A DNA stretch of 64,000 nt, taken from positions 7,412,687 through 7,476,686 of the forward strand of contig JBOZIK010000001.1 in NCBI GenBank assembly GCA_051453625.1. The letters are read 5' to 3'. Shown piece after piece: positions 1-14,078 of the stretch (positions within the stretch are counted from its first letter, which is position 1; each line of letters opens with the position of its first letter). The position numbers and the translations under genes are program-made. Source of the DNA: Welwitschia mirabilis. Taxonomy: Eukaryota. The notes beneath the pieces were generated by a model, which saw only the letters and a program-made list of their open reading frames with translations, was not told the DNA's origin and did not search any database.

Positions 1-581
1 ACAAAATATTAACTTCAAATATGAAACATGTTTTTATAAAATAACAAGAAGTTTGATTTGTCTAGGTGATTAGAAATAAGATTAAAAAAATTCTAATAGT
101 TATTTTAAAATTTTAATATAGAGGATTTTAAATATTTGTTTAAAAAAGTTAATTGCTTCTTTGAAGATATTTTTCATTTTAAGAACATATAAATGTATAT
201 ATTTTTTCTTATCCTAGAAACCATGTAATTTTTGATGAATTTGTATTAAGTATTCAAAACTTTATACTAGAAAANNNNNNNNNNNNNNNNNNNNNNNNNN
301 NNNNNNNNNNNNNNNNNNNNNNNNNNNNNNNNNNNNNNNNNNNNNNNNNNNNNNNNNNNNNNNNNNNNNNNNNNNNNNNNNNNNNNNNNNNNNNNNNNNN
401 NNNNNNNNNNNNNNNNNNNNNNNNNNNNNNNNNNNNNNNNNNNNNNNNNNNNNNNNNNNNNNNNNNNNNNNNNNNNNNNNNNNNNNNNNNNNNNNNNNNN
501 NNNNNNNNNNNNNNNNNNNNNNNNNNNNNNNNNNNNNNNNNNNNNNNNNNNNNNNNNNNNNNNNNNNNNNNNNNNNNNNNN

Positions 582-944
582 CATTGACAACTTAGGCACT
601 TTTCATTACTACTTGAATTTTGCAAAATAAATTTAAAAAGGATATCTTCATTTTATATATTAATTTCTTAAAGCCTCATGATTCAATAATTCAAGAAAAA
701 TTATGGTAGTTGCTTTTCAACATAAGTATTTCTACAAATTTTCTTTCAAGAATTCAATGAATATATAAATTTATCATTGGATGTGAAGATGTTAATTCAA
801 AATTACCTTTTAAAATTTTGAGAAAAATTGAAGTAAAACAAAGATATCCCCTTTATTCTATTATATTTATATTTTTTATTAATTAACTAAAGGAATAATT
901 GAATGCTTTTATCATAGATCATTCTAATAAGATAGGTGATATAT
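582..944 (+). mobile_element. Degenerate non-LTR retrotransposon (RTE-like LINE) reverse transcriptase, 5' part, interrupted by the LTR element at 945
   Basis: Manual translation: IDNLGTF (~583, cf. TIDHIFTL), FILYINFLKPHDSI (~647-688, cf. FVDFxKAFDSI), IEVKQRYPLYSIIFIFFIN (827-883, cf. GVKQGCPLSPTLFxxFI). Confidence 0.65.
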
Positions 945-2734
945 TATTTGTTGTTTCACAATGGTCTGGATAAGCTAAGTTTCCACTTAACTATCATTCT
1001 TCCTTAGGGATAACATAGGGTATAGTTTTAGATTTACACTAACTTTAACTTTTAAAGTAAGTTACAAAAAGAAAGAAAGAAGAAGAAGAGATAAGGTAAT
1101 GCTTAGAGTGGAACTTTGTCATGAAAGAAAAAGGAATCAAACTAGATTCAAGGTATTATTGATTTATTCTTAGCACTCATTCAATCCAATGTTATCCAGT
1201 TCCATTTCTTGTGAAAAAACTTCAAACCATTAAGTGNNNNNNNNNNNNNNNNNNNNNNNNNNNNNNNNNNNNNNNNNNNNNNNNNNNNNNNNNNNNNNNN
1301 NNNNNNNNNNNNNNNNNNNNNNNNNNNNNNNNNNNNCAAGGTATTATTGATTTATTCTTAGCACTCATTCAATCTAATGTTATCCAGTTCCATTTCTTGC
1401 AAAAAACTTCAGACCATTAAGTGCATTTGGCTTAAGTTATGGGGCATAATCTCATCCTTCATACAGTAAATGGTAAACTTACTTAATAATTTAGCCTTAG
1501 AATAATAATATAAATTAAGAACTCTAAACTACTAAAGATCTATGAAATTAAAAGACTTAGACTAAGTGATAAAAGAAATTTACTCATCTAAATTAAACTT
1601 GATAATTAAAGTAGTAACCTAATCAATCTAATTAAGAAATTACTGATNNNNNNNNNNNNNNNNNNNNNNNNNNNNNNNNNNNNNNNNNNNNNNNNNNNNN
1701 NNNNNNNNNNNNNNNNNNNNNNNNNNNNNNNNNNNNNNNNNNNNNNNATACTTTAGCCTTAGAATAATAATATAAAGTAAGAACTCTAAACTATTTAAGA
1801 TCTATGAAATTAAAAGACTTATACTAAGTAATAAAAGGAATTTACTCATCTAAATTAAACTTGATAATTAAATTAGTAACCTAATCATTCAAATTATGAC
1901 ATTACTGATAAATTAAAATTAAAAAAAATAACTTTTGTATTACAAAATAAGAAAAACTTTACAATAAAGAAAGAAAAAAGAAGAAGAACTCCTTAAGAAA
2001 TTCTGAAGACTAGTTTACTTCCCTAAAGATTCATCTAGAAAGATCTCACAAATCGATGCTCCAAAGTGCTATAATTATCCAAGCTAAAGATGATACAATA
2101 AAAGGTTTAAGGCCCTTTTATAGGGAGATATAAGTGTAAGGGATGGTTACAAGTTCTTATCTTATAGAATTAGATGGATGATTACATAATCATAATAATT
2201 AAAATAGGGTAGTTTATCTTCTTTTTCATTTATTGAAGATGCTTATGACGATGCTAATATTTAGCTCTGGAGTGTAGAATCTACTACCAAACATTATCAT
2301 AGCCATGTGTTTCCATCACCATCCTACTGAGCAATTCCATATGATTCTACAAATCCTCATTATCACTGCCACATGTCTATGAGAATGTAATTAATTTTTG
2401 ATGTGAATTTGATTAATCCTTTAGTTGCATTCTATCTAATTTTCCATAAATGCTAGAAATGTGATTTAGAGGATGTTTGAGCACACATAAAAGTGGTGTT
2501 ATTAGTCCTAGATGGTGGCATCAGCATTTTGAGCAAATTGATCATGAAATTAAGGTATGTCCTCCAATTGAGCATAATACACCTAAAAATGTTATGGGAA
2601 ATAATTAAGTTTAAAATTAATATAAAAATTAATAGAAAACATATTTTTATGATAAAATTAATGATATTCAAGTCTTCTATTAAGGTTAATTAATTATTTA
2701 ACTTAATCATAATGTCAATTTTTACATGTTAACA
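945..2734 (-). repeat. 3' LTR of the Athila-like element (length inflated by gaps and duplicated segments)
   Basis: Aligns by eye with 8456-9776 throughout; minus-strand start TGTTAACATG. Confidence 0.85.
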
Positions 2735-2772
2735 CACCCCCTATCTAGTCTTTTACTAGTGCCTTAGCAAAA
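2735..2772 (-). other. Polypurine tract and Athila-type 3' UTR end
   Basis: Minus strand reads ttttgctaaggcactagtaaaagactagatagggggtg directly before the LTR TG, like the Athila ttgctxgxggacxagcaa...gggg motif. Confidence 0.7.
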
Positions 2773-5700
2773 AGATGATAATGAAATGATTAGATATAGA
2801 AAACTTATCGAAGCCAAATGAACTTAAGTGTGATAAAGATGTAACTTTTAAAATTTTTTAAATTAATTTTAAGCAACTGAGACATTAAATAAAGAATTTT
2901 AGCATTAAAAATCATATGTCATATCCCCTACTCAAAATTGAACTTTGTTGTCAAAGTTTATAGTGAAAACATTTAAGTTATTTAAGAACACAGGTGTAGA
3001 CAGATTAGGAAGAGTTATTTTATTAAAAACTATGAAAAATAATGCAATTAAGATAAGGTAAAAGGAAAGCTATTTACAATCAAACATGTGCTAAGTGAAA
3101 AATCTATATATAAAAATAGTTAATGCCTTAGGAGTTATTTTCTATAANNNNNNNNNNNNNNNNNNNNNNNNNNNNNNNNNNNNNNAAAATCAATAGAAAA
3201 CATATTTTTATGATAAAATTAATGATATTCAACTCTTATATTAAGGTTAATTAATTATTTACTTAATCATAATGTCAATTTTTACATGTTAACACATCCC
3301 CAATCTAGTCTTTTACTAGTGCCTTAGCAAAAAGATGATAATGAAATGATTAGACATAGAAAAATTATCAAAGCCAAATGAACTTAAGTGTGATAAAGAT
3401 GTAACTTTTAAAATTTTATAATTAATTTTAAACAACTGAAACATCAAAATAATTATTTTAGCATTAAAAATCATATGTCATATCCCCTACTCAAAATTGA
3501 ACTTTGTTGTCAAAGTTTATGATNNNNNNNNNNNNNNNNNNNNNNNNNNNNNNNNNNNNNNNNNNNNNNAGAGTTATTTTATTAAAAACTATAAAAAATG
3601 ATGTAATTAAGATAAGGTAAAAGGAAAGCTATTTACAACCAAACATGTGCTGAGTGAAAAATCTATACGTAAAAATAGTTAATGCCTTAAGAGTTATTTT
3701 CTATAAAAATGGTATGAAGTGGAATGTAGTGAAATCAAGTGAAATGGAGATGAAGAGTGCAACAAATAGAATTTAAACTAAAAAATGATGAATAAATGAG
3801 AAAAATNNNNNNNNNNNNNNNNNNNNNNNNNNNNNNNNNNNNNNNNNNNNNNNNNNNNNNNNNNNNNNNNNNNNNNNNNNNNNNNNNNNNNNNNNNNNNN
3901 NNNNNNNNNNNNNNNNNNNNNNNNNNNNNNNNNNNNNNNNNNNNNNNNNNNNNNNNNNNNNNNNNNNNNNNNNNNNNNNNNNNNNNNNNNNNNNNNNNNN
4001 NNNNNNNNNNNNNNNNNNNNNNNNNNNNNNNNNNNNNNNNNNNNNNNNNNNNNNNNNNNNNNNNNNNNNNNNNNNNNNNNNNNNNNNNNNNNNNNNNNNN
4101 NNNNNNNNNNNNNNNNNNNNNGCGTTTTTAGCCTTGATGCATTTTAACATGCTGCAATTAGGTCATTAGAGCTACATTGCTAGTAGGCATCCATAACCTT
4201 GATGCAATTAACTGAACCCAACTAAGTGATTAATATTATGTGCTTTTGAAGAAGAGATATATTATTTTATTTTCTTCATCTTTCCATAGTCATTTATTTT
4301 AGGGGGTCATTAGCTCATTACCCTAGTTAAGACAAATATTATTCCCATTAAAGGCTTTTTACTTAAAGAGTACATGTGAAGGTAAATCCCACATTTTCAA
4401 CTAAGTTTTANNNNNNNNNNNNNNNNNNNNNNNNNNNNNNNNNNNNNNNNNNNNNNNNNNNNNNNNNNNNNNNNNNNNNNNNNNNNNNNNNNNNNNNNNN
4501 NNNNNNNNNNNNNNNNNNNNNNNNNNNNNNNNNNNNNNNNNNNNNNNNNNNNNNNNNNNNNNNNNNNNNNNNNNNNNNNNNNNNNNNNNNNNNNNNNNNN
4601 NNNNNNNNNNNNNNNNNNNNNNNNNNNNNAGTGATTTCAAAATGAATTTGATAAATCAAATGTTCTAAATGATGGTAGCATGAGTGATAATGATGTGGTA
4701 AGGTTCTCATGATAAAATCATTCTTAGGTAAAAACTGGTTTTTAGAATGACTTATTATAGAAGATCTAAAAGGATTATGACTATTAGGTTTAGAGTTAGA
4801 GAAGCAATAATCAAAGAATAGTAAAGAATAAAAAATATTTGGCTCAAGAATAGAACATTTAAAATTGAAAGTTTTATTAATCAATTAACCTCTTTAAGAT
4901 CACCCAATAATTTAATTACATTAAAAGTATTTAAGTTTAAGGTTATGTTGCTAAATGAGATCTTTATTTGATCATTCCTATAGTTGATTAAAGCATTTGA
5001 AGTTTTTTTGCATCCANNNNNNNNNNNNNNNNNNNNNNNNNNNNNNNNNNNNNNNNNNNNNNNNNNNNNNNNNNNNNNNNNNNNNNNNNNNNNNNNNNNN
5101 NNNNNNNNNNNNNNNNNNNNNNNNNNNNNNNNNNNNNNNNNNNNNNNNNNNNNNNNNNNNNNNNNNNNNNNNNNNNNNNNNNNNNNNNNNNNNNNNNNNN
5201 NNNNNNNNNNNNNNNNNNNNNNNNNNNNNNNNNNNNNNNNNNNNNNNNNNNNNNNNNNNNNNNNNNNNNNNNNNNNNNNNNNNNNNNNNNNNNNNNNNNN
5301 NNNNNNNNNNNNNNNNNNNNNNNNNNNNNNNNNNNNNNNNNNNNNNNNNNNNNNNNNNNNNNNNNNNNNNNNNNNNNNNNNNNNNNNNNNTAAATGAGAT
5401 CTTCATTTGATCATTCCTATAGTTGATTAAAGCATTTGAATTCTTTTTGCGTTCATATCTAAGATTATGAAGTTAGTTAAGAAATACCAGTTATTAAATT
5501 AAACTATTATATCCTTAACTATTCTCAAGAATGACTTCATAGAATTGTCTACTAATTGCAATTGGATTTTAGTGCATTTAAGATTATCTAAGATAAGTTC
5601 CTTATAGATATAATGGGGTGAAATGTTAACACTTACGTTCATATCTAATAAGGCTTGCTTAATTCTTTTGTATCCACTTATAACATCTATTATGAGGCAA

Positions 5701-6789
5701 CCTGAATATTTATACTTAAGCAAAGTTTGGTTTTATATGATTGCACTTATTTGATGGGCTAAGAAGGCTTTTCTTTTAACATTAATGCATATTTTTACAA
5801 TGCACATGTTTTTAAGGAATTTTACATGGAAAGGCATGTTCTTAATCACTTCTAGGGGAGCCATGTTAATTTTAAATTCTTTGAAAACATATAAGGCCTT
5901 AAGTTGTTATTTCTCAATTTTCTCCTTCCTAAGACATCGAGGAAAACATAAAGGTTCTTTCTAAGTGAGTGAAGATTCTTTCTAAGTCTATTACCTTTTA
6001 TTTATTCAAATCTTGGGGGAAAGGTAAGGGTTCTTAGAGAGGAGTTATATCTTTTCTTTAACTTTTTTTCCTCATCTTTAGATTTACTCTATGTTAAACC
6101 TTGGTTGATCTCTATGCTACTTCTAAGATAAATCATTTTATTTGATTTAAACGGTTTGATCCTTCTTCGATAAACCTGACTTCCTTTGGATTTTGTTGAG
6201 CATTCATTAGGAGTTTTCCTAGTTCCATTTGATTTATTGATGAAAGGATGTTGGTGGTGGTTTTTTAGATTTAATGTATGCTTTCTTTTAGTTTTAATTT
6301 ATTTTTGTTTTTGATTTTATGAACTTCTTAAAGGTTTCCTTCAATGAATTAGATGGTGATGGTTTTTGGTAGTTGGTTTGAAATGGATGAAAGGAGGATA
6401 AGGAATATGGGTTTTTTGGTTGACTAATTTGATTATCTTACTTTCAAGAAAAATTAGGATGATTCCTTCACCTAGGATTTTTATATATGGGTCATTTTTA
6501 GGATTTGTCCATTATTCTCCTATTGCGTTTACCTATTAATTGACTATGTTTTGGAATAGAGGAATGGAGAAACATTTAGTAGTTTCATGGGTATCAATGT
6601 GGTAAATTAAGCATTTAGGCTTTAATAACCATGAATGAAGGTGAAGGTAAACTAGTCAAGGATTCTACCCTTTATGCTAACTCATCTATTTTGTTATTTA
6701 TCTCAAAATTTTTGGTACCTTAAAAGTACTTGTCAACCTAACTGGATGATGTGATCTTGAAGGTTTAGCAGGTTTCTCCTAGTTCTTCA

Positions 6790-7200
6790 AACTCTTAGCT
6801 ACACTTCCTAAGTACTTCCAAACCTTATTTAGGGGCATGCTAAGAAAATTTCCTTAGCATATCATCTCAACTAATTAATAATTATTAGTGGATAACCCAT
6901 TGTAGAAAAAACTAATTTCCCTACTTGGCTCAAAACAATGTTGGGGCCATTTTAATAGAAGGTTCTTAAATTATTTTAAGGTTTGAGAAAATTTTTTATA
7001 GTTCTTCTATTAGAAGTTTATGATTTCTTTTCTTAGGGCATTTGTATTATGATAAAGAAAGAATTTAAAGATGAAATATTTACTCAAGTCCATCTAACTT
7101 ATAATGGAGAAGGGTTTAAGGGTGTATAACTAGGATTTCATCTTTTTTTTTTTTTTTTTGAAAATGGAAAATAGATGAGCCCAATTAATAGGACACACTC
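6790..7200 (-). pseudogene. gag: Retrotransposon gag remnant (Athila-like)
   Basis: Minus translation FSQTLK*FKNLLLKWPQHCFEPSREISFFYNGLS...EMIC*GNFLSMP matches the gag motif WERFKxLLxxCPHHGF...FYxGL...GxFL. Confidence 0.75.
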
Positions 7201-8432
7201 GAATTCTTTGAGATGGAGGTATGGGTCCTTATATTCTAATTTATGGAAATGAGATAAGAGTTAGATCATGGAAGGTTTGAATTCTAGCCTCTAGTTAACA
7301 ACTAACAACACTATGCAAGAGGGTGTTCCTAGGATTTGTGGCTGGAGATAATCACAAAGGATTTACCTAGATTGGTTAATAGTAGCAGTGAGGGCAGCTT
7401 ACCATTTGACCACTTCTTGGATGAAATAGTAGGTTGTTAATCCATTAAGAACTTTCTAGTTTGACAAATATCTATTGAAGGGATCTTGGAGGTTGATTGG
7501 ATCAGTTAGATTTTATGGTAGTTATTGTTATTGTATGTGATCTTGTTGATTAGCATCATTTTAATAGGATGATGTTTGCTCTTGTTGAGGATTATTTCAA
7601 GCTTAGTTTTCATTTTAGAATCTAATTTCTCTCATCCTATTATGATTAGTAAAGGAGCCTGAATTATTCCAAAACAATCTCCCTATTTTATCATGGATTC
7701 AAATCATGCAAGAACAAGATCGAAAGGCTTTTAGATATGAAATAAAGTAAAGTTTTTAAATCCTATAAGCCAAAGGTTGTAAAGAAGCTTTTATGAAAAG
7801 CTTATAGCATTCTAGATAAAAAGGGTAGTAGTGCTAGTAAGGAAAGGTAACAATGCTAGTTAAGTTGCTAAAAATAGGTTTGGCTTTCATAGAGATATTT
7901 ACAGCTTTCACACATAATGTTTTAAGTAACAAGGTCACATAAGAAGTAAATAGAGATAATGAACATGAATAAAATCACACCCAACATTATCAAGATTGTG
8001 AAAAATTCTTAAAGATTTTATAGGTTTTTAGCACATAGTGAAAGTGAAAAAACATAAACCAAAAAATGTAGAAAAACATAGTAAGAAAAAAAAGCATATA
8101 ACACAATGTTTAGTTAATTAAAAGTTTTTAAAGTTTTTAAGTTTTTAATACTCTAAAGCAACCTATAAAAAAAATGTTAAACTTGCAGAAAATAAGTTAG
8201 AAAATAATTAAAAAAAACTTAAAATAAACTATACTAGATTGAGTAACAGTAAAAGGACTAGTACCAACCACTAGAAAGCAAAAAAAAGAAACATACCAAA
8301 AATAAAAAAAGGACTAGTTTGGGTATCACTAGAAAAAGGACTAGCATTCACCATGAAAAAGATTAAAACTATGTATAAACTTGTAAAAAAAAAAAAAAAC
8401 TAGTGCTCCTCTAAGATATGACCATGTTTTTA

Positions 8433-8450
8433 TCTCCAATGACAATGCCA
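8433..8450 (-). other. Primer-binding site (tRNA-Asp type), deaminated
   Basis: Minus strand TGGCATTGTCATTGGAGA vs Athila consensus TGGCGCCGTYGCCGGGGA; the differences are all transitions. It abuts the 5' LTR end. Confidence 0.7.
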
Positions 8451-8455
8451 AAATC

Positions 8456-9776
8456 TATTCGTTATTTTACAATGATCTAAATTTAAGCTATATTTTCACT
8501 TAGCTATCATTTTTCCTTAAGGATAACATTGGGTATAGGTTCAGAATTATACTAACTTTAACTTTTAAAGCAAGATACAAAAAGAAAGAAATAAAAAGAA
8601 GAGATAAGGTGATGTTTAGAGTTGAAATTTGTCTTAAAAGCGAATTCATCCTTAATTACTCCTTCAATCCAATGATATTTAATTGCCTTTCCTGCAAAAC
8701 ACTTCAAACCATTAAGTGCATTTGGCTTAAGTCATAGGGCATAACCTCATCCTCCATATGATAAATGGTAAATTCACTTAACACTTTAGCCTTATATTAA
8801 TAATAGAAAGTAAGGACTCTAAGGCACTTAAGATCTATGAAATTAAAAGACTTAAACTAAGTGATGAAAGAAATTCACTCATCTAAATTAAACTTCATAA
8901 TTAAAGTAATAGCCTAAGCATTCCAATTATGACATTACTCATGAATTGAAACCAAGGAAAGAAACATCTGTATTATAAAACAAAAATAACTTTATAATAA
9001 AGAAAGAAGGAAGAAGAAATAAGAAGAACTCATCAAGAAATTCTAAATACTACCTCACTTCTCCAAAGAGTCACTTAGAAAGCCATCACAAGTGGATGCT
9101 CCAAAGTGCTATAATTCCACATGCCAAATATGATATAATGAAGGGTTCGAGGCCCTTTTAAAGAAAGAGATGAGAATGAGGGGTGGTTACAAGCTTTTAG
9201 CTTATAGAATTAGATGGATTATTACATGGTTATAACAATTAAAGGAGGGTGGTTTGTCTTCTTATCTATTTGATAAAGATGCTTATGATGATATTAGCAC
9301 TTGGCTTTAGAGTGCAGTAACTTCTACCAAATGATGTCATATTTATGTGTCTCCATCATCATCCTACTTAGTAATGCCATGTAATTATATGAATCCTTGT
9401 CATCACCACCACATGTCTATAAGAATGCAATTAATTCCGTATGTGAATTTGATTAAACTTGCAACTACATTATATCTAATTTTTCATAACATGTTAAGAA
9501 TGTGAGTTTGGAGGAAGTTTGAGCACATGGACTGGTAATGATAGTAGTCTTAGATGGCAGCATTGACATTCTAAGTAGATTGATGATGAAATTAAGGTAT
9601 ATCCTCTAATTAATCATAATACACTTGAAAATGTTATGGAAAATAGTTAATTTCATAATTAATGTGAAAACCAATAGAAGACATGTTTCTATGATAAAAT
9701 TGATTATATTAATATCTTCTATTAAGGTTAATTACTCATTTAACTTAATCATAATGTTAATTTTTACATGTTAACA
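8456..9776 (-). repeat. 5' LTR of the Athila-like element (~1.3 kb)
   Basis: Homologous to 945-2734 and followed on the minus strand by the PBS. Confidence 0.85.
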
Positions 9777-9781
9777 TTTAT

Positions 9782-10330
9782 TAGTAAATATTATTCTTTA
9801 TGTAGATGATGCCACATTAATTTCCACATATAAAAGAGATATGAAAGAGATGCTTTATAGTTTGATGAATTTTGCAATTATTAAAGTTTAAAAATAAGTG
9901 TTACAAAATTAAATTCATGCATTTAAGAGTAAAAGTAAAGATTACAAATTTGTTTTTGGTAATAACTAGTATAGTTGGTTTATTTTCAAAAATAGTTTAT
10001 GTTTTAAATGATCAAAAAATGATGAACTAGATAGATGTGTGCATGAAATAATTGCAAGTGTTGCAACAATTCTTCTTCCTTAATTAATATATATATAGAA
10101 ATTTAATCCTTTGATCTTAAAAAGTTCATAGTAAGACTCTTTAAAAGACATTTCATGTTAATTATTCTCTATGGAGTGCTAGTATGGTGATCCTATCTAT
10201 TAAAGAATCTATGGAAATAAGTTTAGGATGTATAAAATAATTCATTTCTTTGGAATTTTAAGTAAAATTCTAAATACTCTATTAAATGTTATCACTTGAA
10301 GCTAATATGTTACCTTTAGGGGTTAGAGTA
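9782..10330 (+). mobile_element. RTE-like LINE reverse transcriptase, 3' continuation
   Basis: ILYVDDATLI at 9793-9822 (cf. LLYADD) and ILYGVLVW* at 10164-10190 (cf. LLYGxExW). The RT motif order resumes exactly after the LTR element. Confidence 0.65.
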
Positions 10331-12460
10331 GTTTTTTCATTTTTATATAATGTTTAAAGGATTTAAAATTTTGAAGGAATTAAATTTTAATTAAATGCCT
10401 CTCAAAATAAAGGCTAGCTTTTTTGAAAGATAAACATAGTTAAAGAAATAAAATGTAATATTACTAGTTTAAAAAATAACATAAGACAAATTCAAAAGAC
10501 AATTTAGAAAAGGGAACTACAAAACATCCCTCTAACATGTATGGGAAGAAAATTGATTTTCATGAGATTAGAGGAGGGAACTATATTAAATAAATCTTTT
10601 ATTTAAATGCTAAAATTTTAGTTAAAATTAGTGAATTAATTACTAGAGGAATAATGTGAAGTGATCATCTTTGAATTAAAATAAAATAATGGTAGAATAT
10701 TTCAAGAGAGCAATGAACGTGCAAGTTATCTTTAACTAAAGATATTAAAAATGAAGAACATCTTTTTCTTTAATGCTCTTAAACATCCTTATTAAAACCA
10801 AAACAAAACATAACTGTAGGTAATTTATTTCAACTATCTCCACTTTGTCTTAATCATTATTTTGGTGCCTTATTCAAATATTTCAACTTGTAATTTTTTT
10901 GTTTTGTACATCCTATGAGTCTTTCTAGGTATAATTAAATAAATCTACATTTCTAATTTCCAATAACTTAAGCATATACCTATTTTTATACTAATAATAA
11001 TTACTATAGTATAAGATGTTAGTATTATAATAGTTTTACCTTTTATTTAATTCTATTTAAAGTTACTAATTTATGTAAAATATAGCATTGACATTGTCAG
11101 CAAGTAATTTTAAAAATAGTAAATGCATTTTTGTCCTATATATACCTTTTTAAACTATAAATAAAACTAAACTTATAAATGTGAAAAGTTAGTGCATGAT
11201 GTTAAGAGAATATTATGACATATGATGCTTTTAATTAATATAAAGCACTTACTTTAGCATGGCCTTATATTTCTATTAAATTTTTCTAATACCATCCATT
11301 ATAATTTTTAATATTTTTTTTATAGTTTATAATGACATGCATTATTACGAAATCATGATCAAATATTTATTTAAATAAAATTACATAATTTTTACTTATT
11401 TTTTCAAGTCATTTGAATAGCTACTAGCACATGTAAAACACAAGTTGGTCATTTTCCTACTTGGTTAGACATCCTCATAGAATTTATTACTTAAAAAATG
11501 TAAAATGTTTAAATCAATATTAGAAAGTGTAGATGTAAAATGTTTAAACACATAACATTGAGTTTTAAATTCTAAAGTGAAATACTTAAAAACATTTAAA
11601 GAATCATTAACTCATAATAAGATTTCCTCTAAATTGTTTTTGATAAGAATTGAAACAAGGAGGACTTTCTAGAAAACTTCAAATAAGAAATAGATAGAAA
11701 ATAAATTTTAATAAATAAAAAATATTAGAAAAATTTTCTAATGATATGAATGTAGACATCATTCTTTATCATCATCTTATATGACTAAATTGATGTCTAA
11801 GTTTTTAATGACATGGATATGAACCACATACTAGTCATCAATAATACTAATAATTTTAAGAAACTTATAAAAAGTCATTAAAAATTAGTTAAGAGATAAT
11901 ATAAAATTAAGAAAATTTTATTAATATAGTGGATGGGGTAATCAACATTTACCCCATACGTATGAAGGCCTTACATCTATAAGGTGTACTACATATAACA
12001 TATGTTTTATTTCAAAATTTTCAATAGCATAAGGAGTGAAAAAAAGGAATAAAGGATGTGATAATGTAATTTCATTAAATTAGTTAAACTAAATACAATT
12101 TCACAAATTCAAATTTAAGGTTTAAACTATTTCCATTTCTTATCATTTTCTACTAATTCCACCAAATAGATCATTAACTTTATATGTTACTAGTCTCAAG
12201 ATTTTTGCTTTTGTTTTTAAATTGATTTTTAATTTTCTATGGTATTGCATTTGAAGCTTTCTTATATAATCTCCTTATTATTTAGATTTTTTTTCTTTTT
12301 AAACATAGTTTTATTATCTTTTGAGAACCATGTATCTTTATATTCTCTTTTTATTGTTAATTAATTTATGCATAATGGTAATGTAGCTATCAAGACACAT
12401 TATTCTTTAGAGTCTAGATTCATTGTAAATAATGCTAGAATACATATCAAAACCTACCAT

Positions 12461-14078
12461 TGATGAGTACATCTTAATTTTTACAATTTTAACTCCTTAA
12501 ACTTTAATATATTAAATATTGTAAATTTTTAAATAACAGGTTATGCATTTATTTTTTTACTAGCTAAAGTTTAATCCTTAAGGTTAGAAGTTCAAATTTC
12601 CATAGAAACCAAGGGTGTGAGGGTGACCCTAACCAAATTCCACATAATCCTTTTAGTGGAGGGCACATACATAGGCTCATAGGATGTGATCAATGCTTTC
12701 ATGTAGTGATGAAATTAAAAAAATAAAAATAAAAATAAAAACAACTAATACTTTATTTTATTTTATAGAACATCTTGAGCCATCTGATCTTTAACCAAAG
12801 GCATAATTTTAAGGATAATGATGCTAATGTCAAATTCATGGAACTATAAGAATTCTAGAGCATGGTGAGTTCTACAAAAATTAGAGTAAAGTTAAGCTAT
12901 AAAATAATAAAATAAAATTAATAGAAAATGAAAAAAAGTCAATTAAATGCTTAAAAATAGCGAATATTATTAAAGGATGTATTAGTAAATAATCTTAATT
13001 TGATTAAACTCAAAAATCTTAATATATCAAGCATGTGAAATTAAATGTAAGGCTTTAATCCTAAGGCTACATAAGCATGAAATACCTCAAGGGTTATAGG
13101 CATCTTATTTTATATTCATTTACTATTCCTCATTGCTTGGTTTTCCCTTCTTATTTTTCTTCCATTTTTCCTCATTTTTCATTATGATCATTATGGATTC
13201 CATGGCTATAATGAGGGTTTTTATCTTAGCATAAGTTTATAAGCCTCTTTTTTTATCTCACGCACATATGAATGATTATTTCATAATGTCTCTTTGTTAT
13301 AAAGGCTAAGGATATACATTAAAGTGCATTTTTATTTACTGTAGTATTTACATTATTGGTTACTGTAATTTGATCTATTATTAGATCTAGCTTTTTTTTT
13401 TTTTGTTTTAAACATTAGTGTAGTTGTGATTAGTTGCATTACAATAGACCATTTTTTATATTTCTTCACTTTTATTTATTCTACTTTAATTATTTTAATA
13501 TTTTTAAGATTTTATTATGGAAAATTTTTTATGTGTTGGGATTTATAATATCTTTTATGCTTTTCTATTATCCCTAAATTTCATTATAAGATGATGAATA
13601 TAAAAATCATGGTAATATTTTAATCTCACAAGTCCTTTTCTTTGCATTTATGACATTTGAAAGATATATTAGATAATCTATGACTTATTCATAAAATCCT
13701 CATTAATAAATGATCTATTATTTTGAATGGAGAAGATGATGTTGACTTTGTGAATTATTTTTTTAGGCTTACATGATTATCTATTTTGTAAATAATATTT
13801 TTTAGTACTTAATACGATAAGCTTTTTAATATTATTATCTTGTTGTAATTCTTAAAATATTTTTACTTTCTTTTCTTAATGATATGATTTAAAAATTATG
13901 AGTCTTGAAATTTGCTTTTGATCCTTGTGGTAAAAATGACAATTAGAGTTTCTTAATTTATATGATAATCCTAGATTTTATTCTAATCTATTAACTTTGC
14001 CTTAACTATTAACGAATATTTCTATATCTTACTTTGAATATCAATTATCAAGCAAAGTAAGTTTTAATCCTATTGTCA
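12461..14078 (+). repeat. Putative Athila-type 5' LTR
   Basis: Starts TGATGAG, ends TGTCA, has an Athila-U5-like atccttgtgg motif near 13921, and lies upstream of a + strand gag. No partner LTR identified. Confidence 0.35.

Larger units (their letters stand above)
945..9776 (-). mobile_element. Athila-like Ty3/gypsy LTR retrotransposon, internally deleted (gag remnant, no pol seen)
   Basis: Two homologous LTRs (945-2734 and 8456-9776) both end in catgttaaca on the + strand. Degenerate tRNA-Asp PBS at 8433-8450, PPT next to 2734, gag motifs at ~6790-7200. Flanking 5-mers tatat (940-944) and tttat (9777-9781) match 4/5. Confidence 0.85.

Noticed and set aside
254-5410. Many 60-240 aa ORFs in the track consisting mostly of X (also at 14972, 38960, 44154 and elsewhere)
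   Set aside because: Artefacts of reading through N-gaps.
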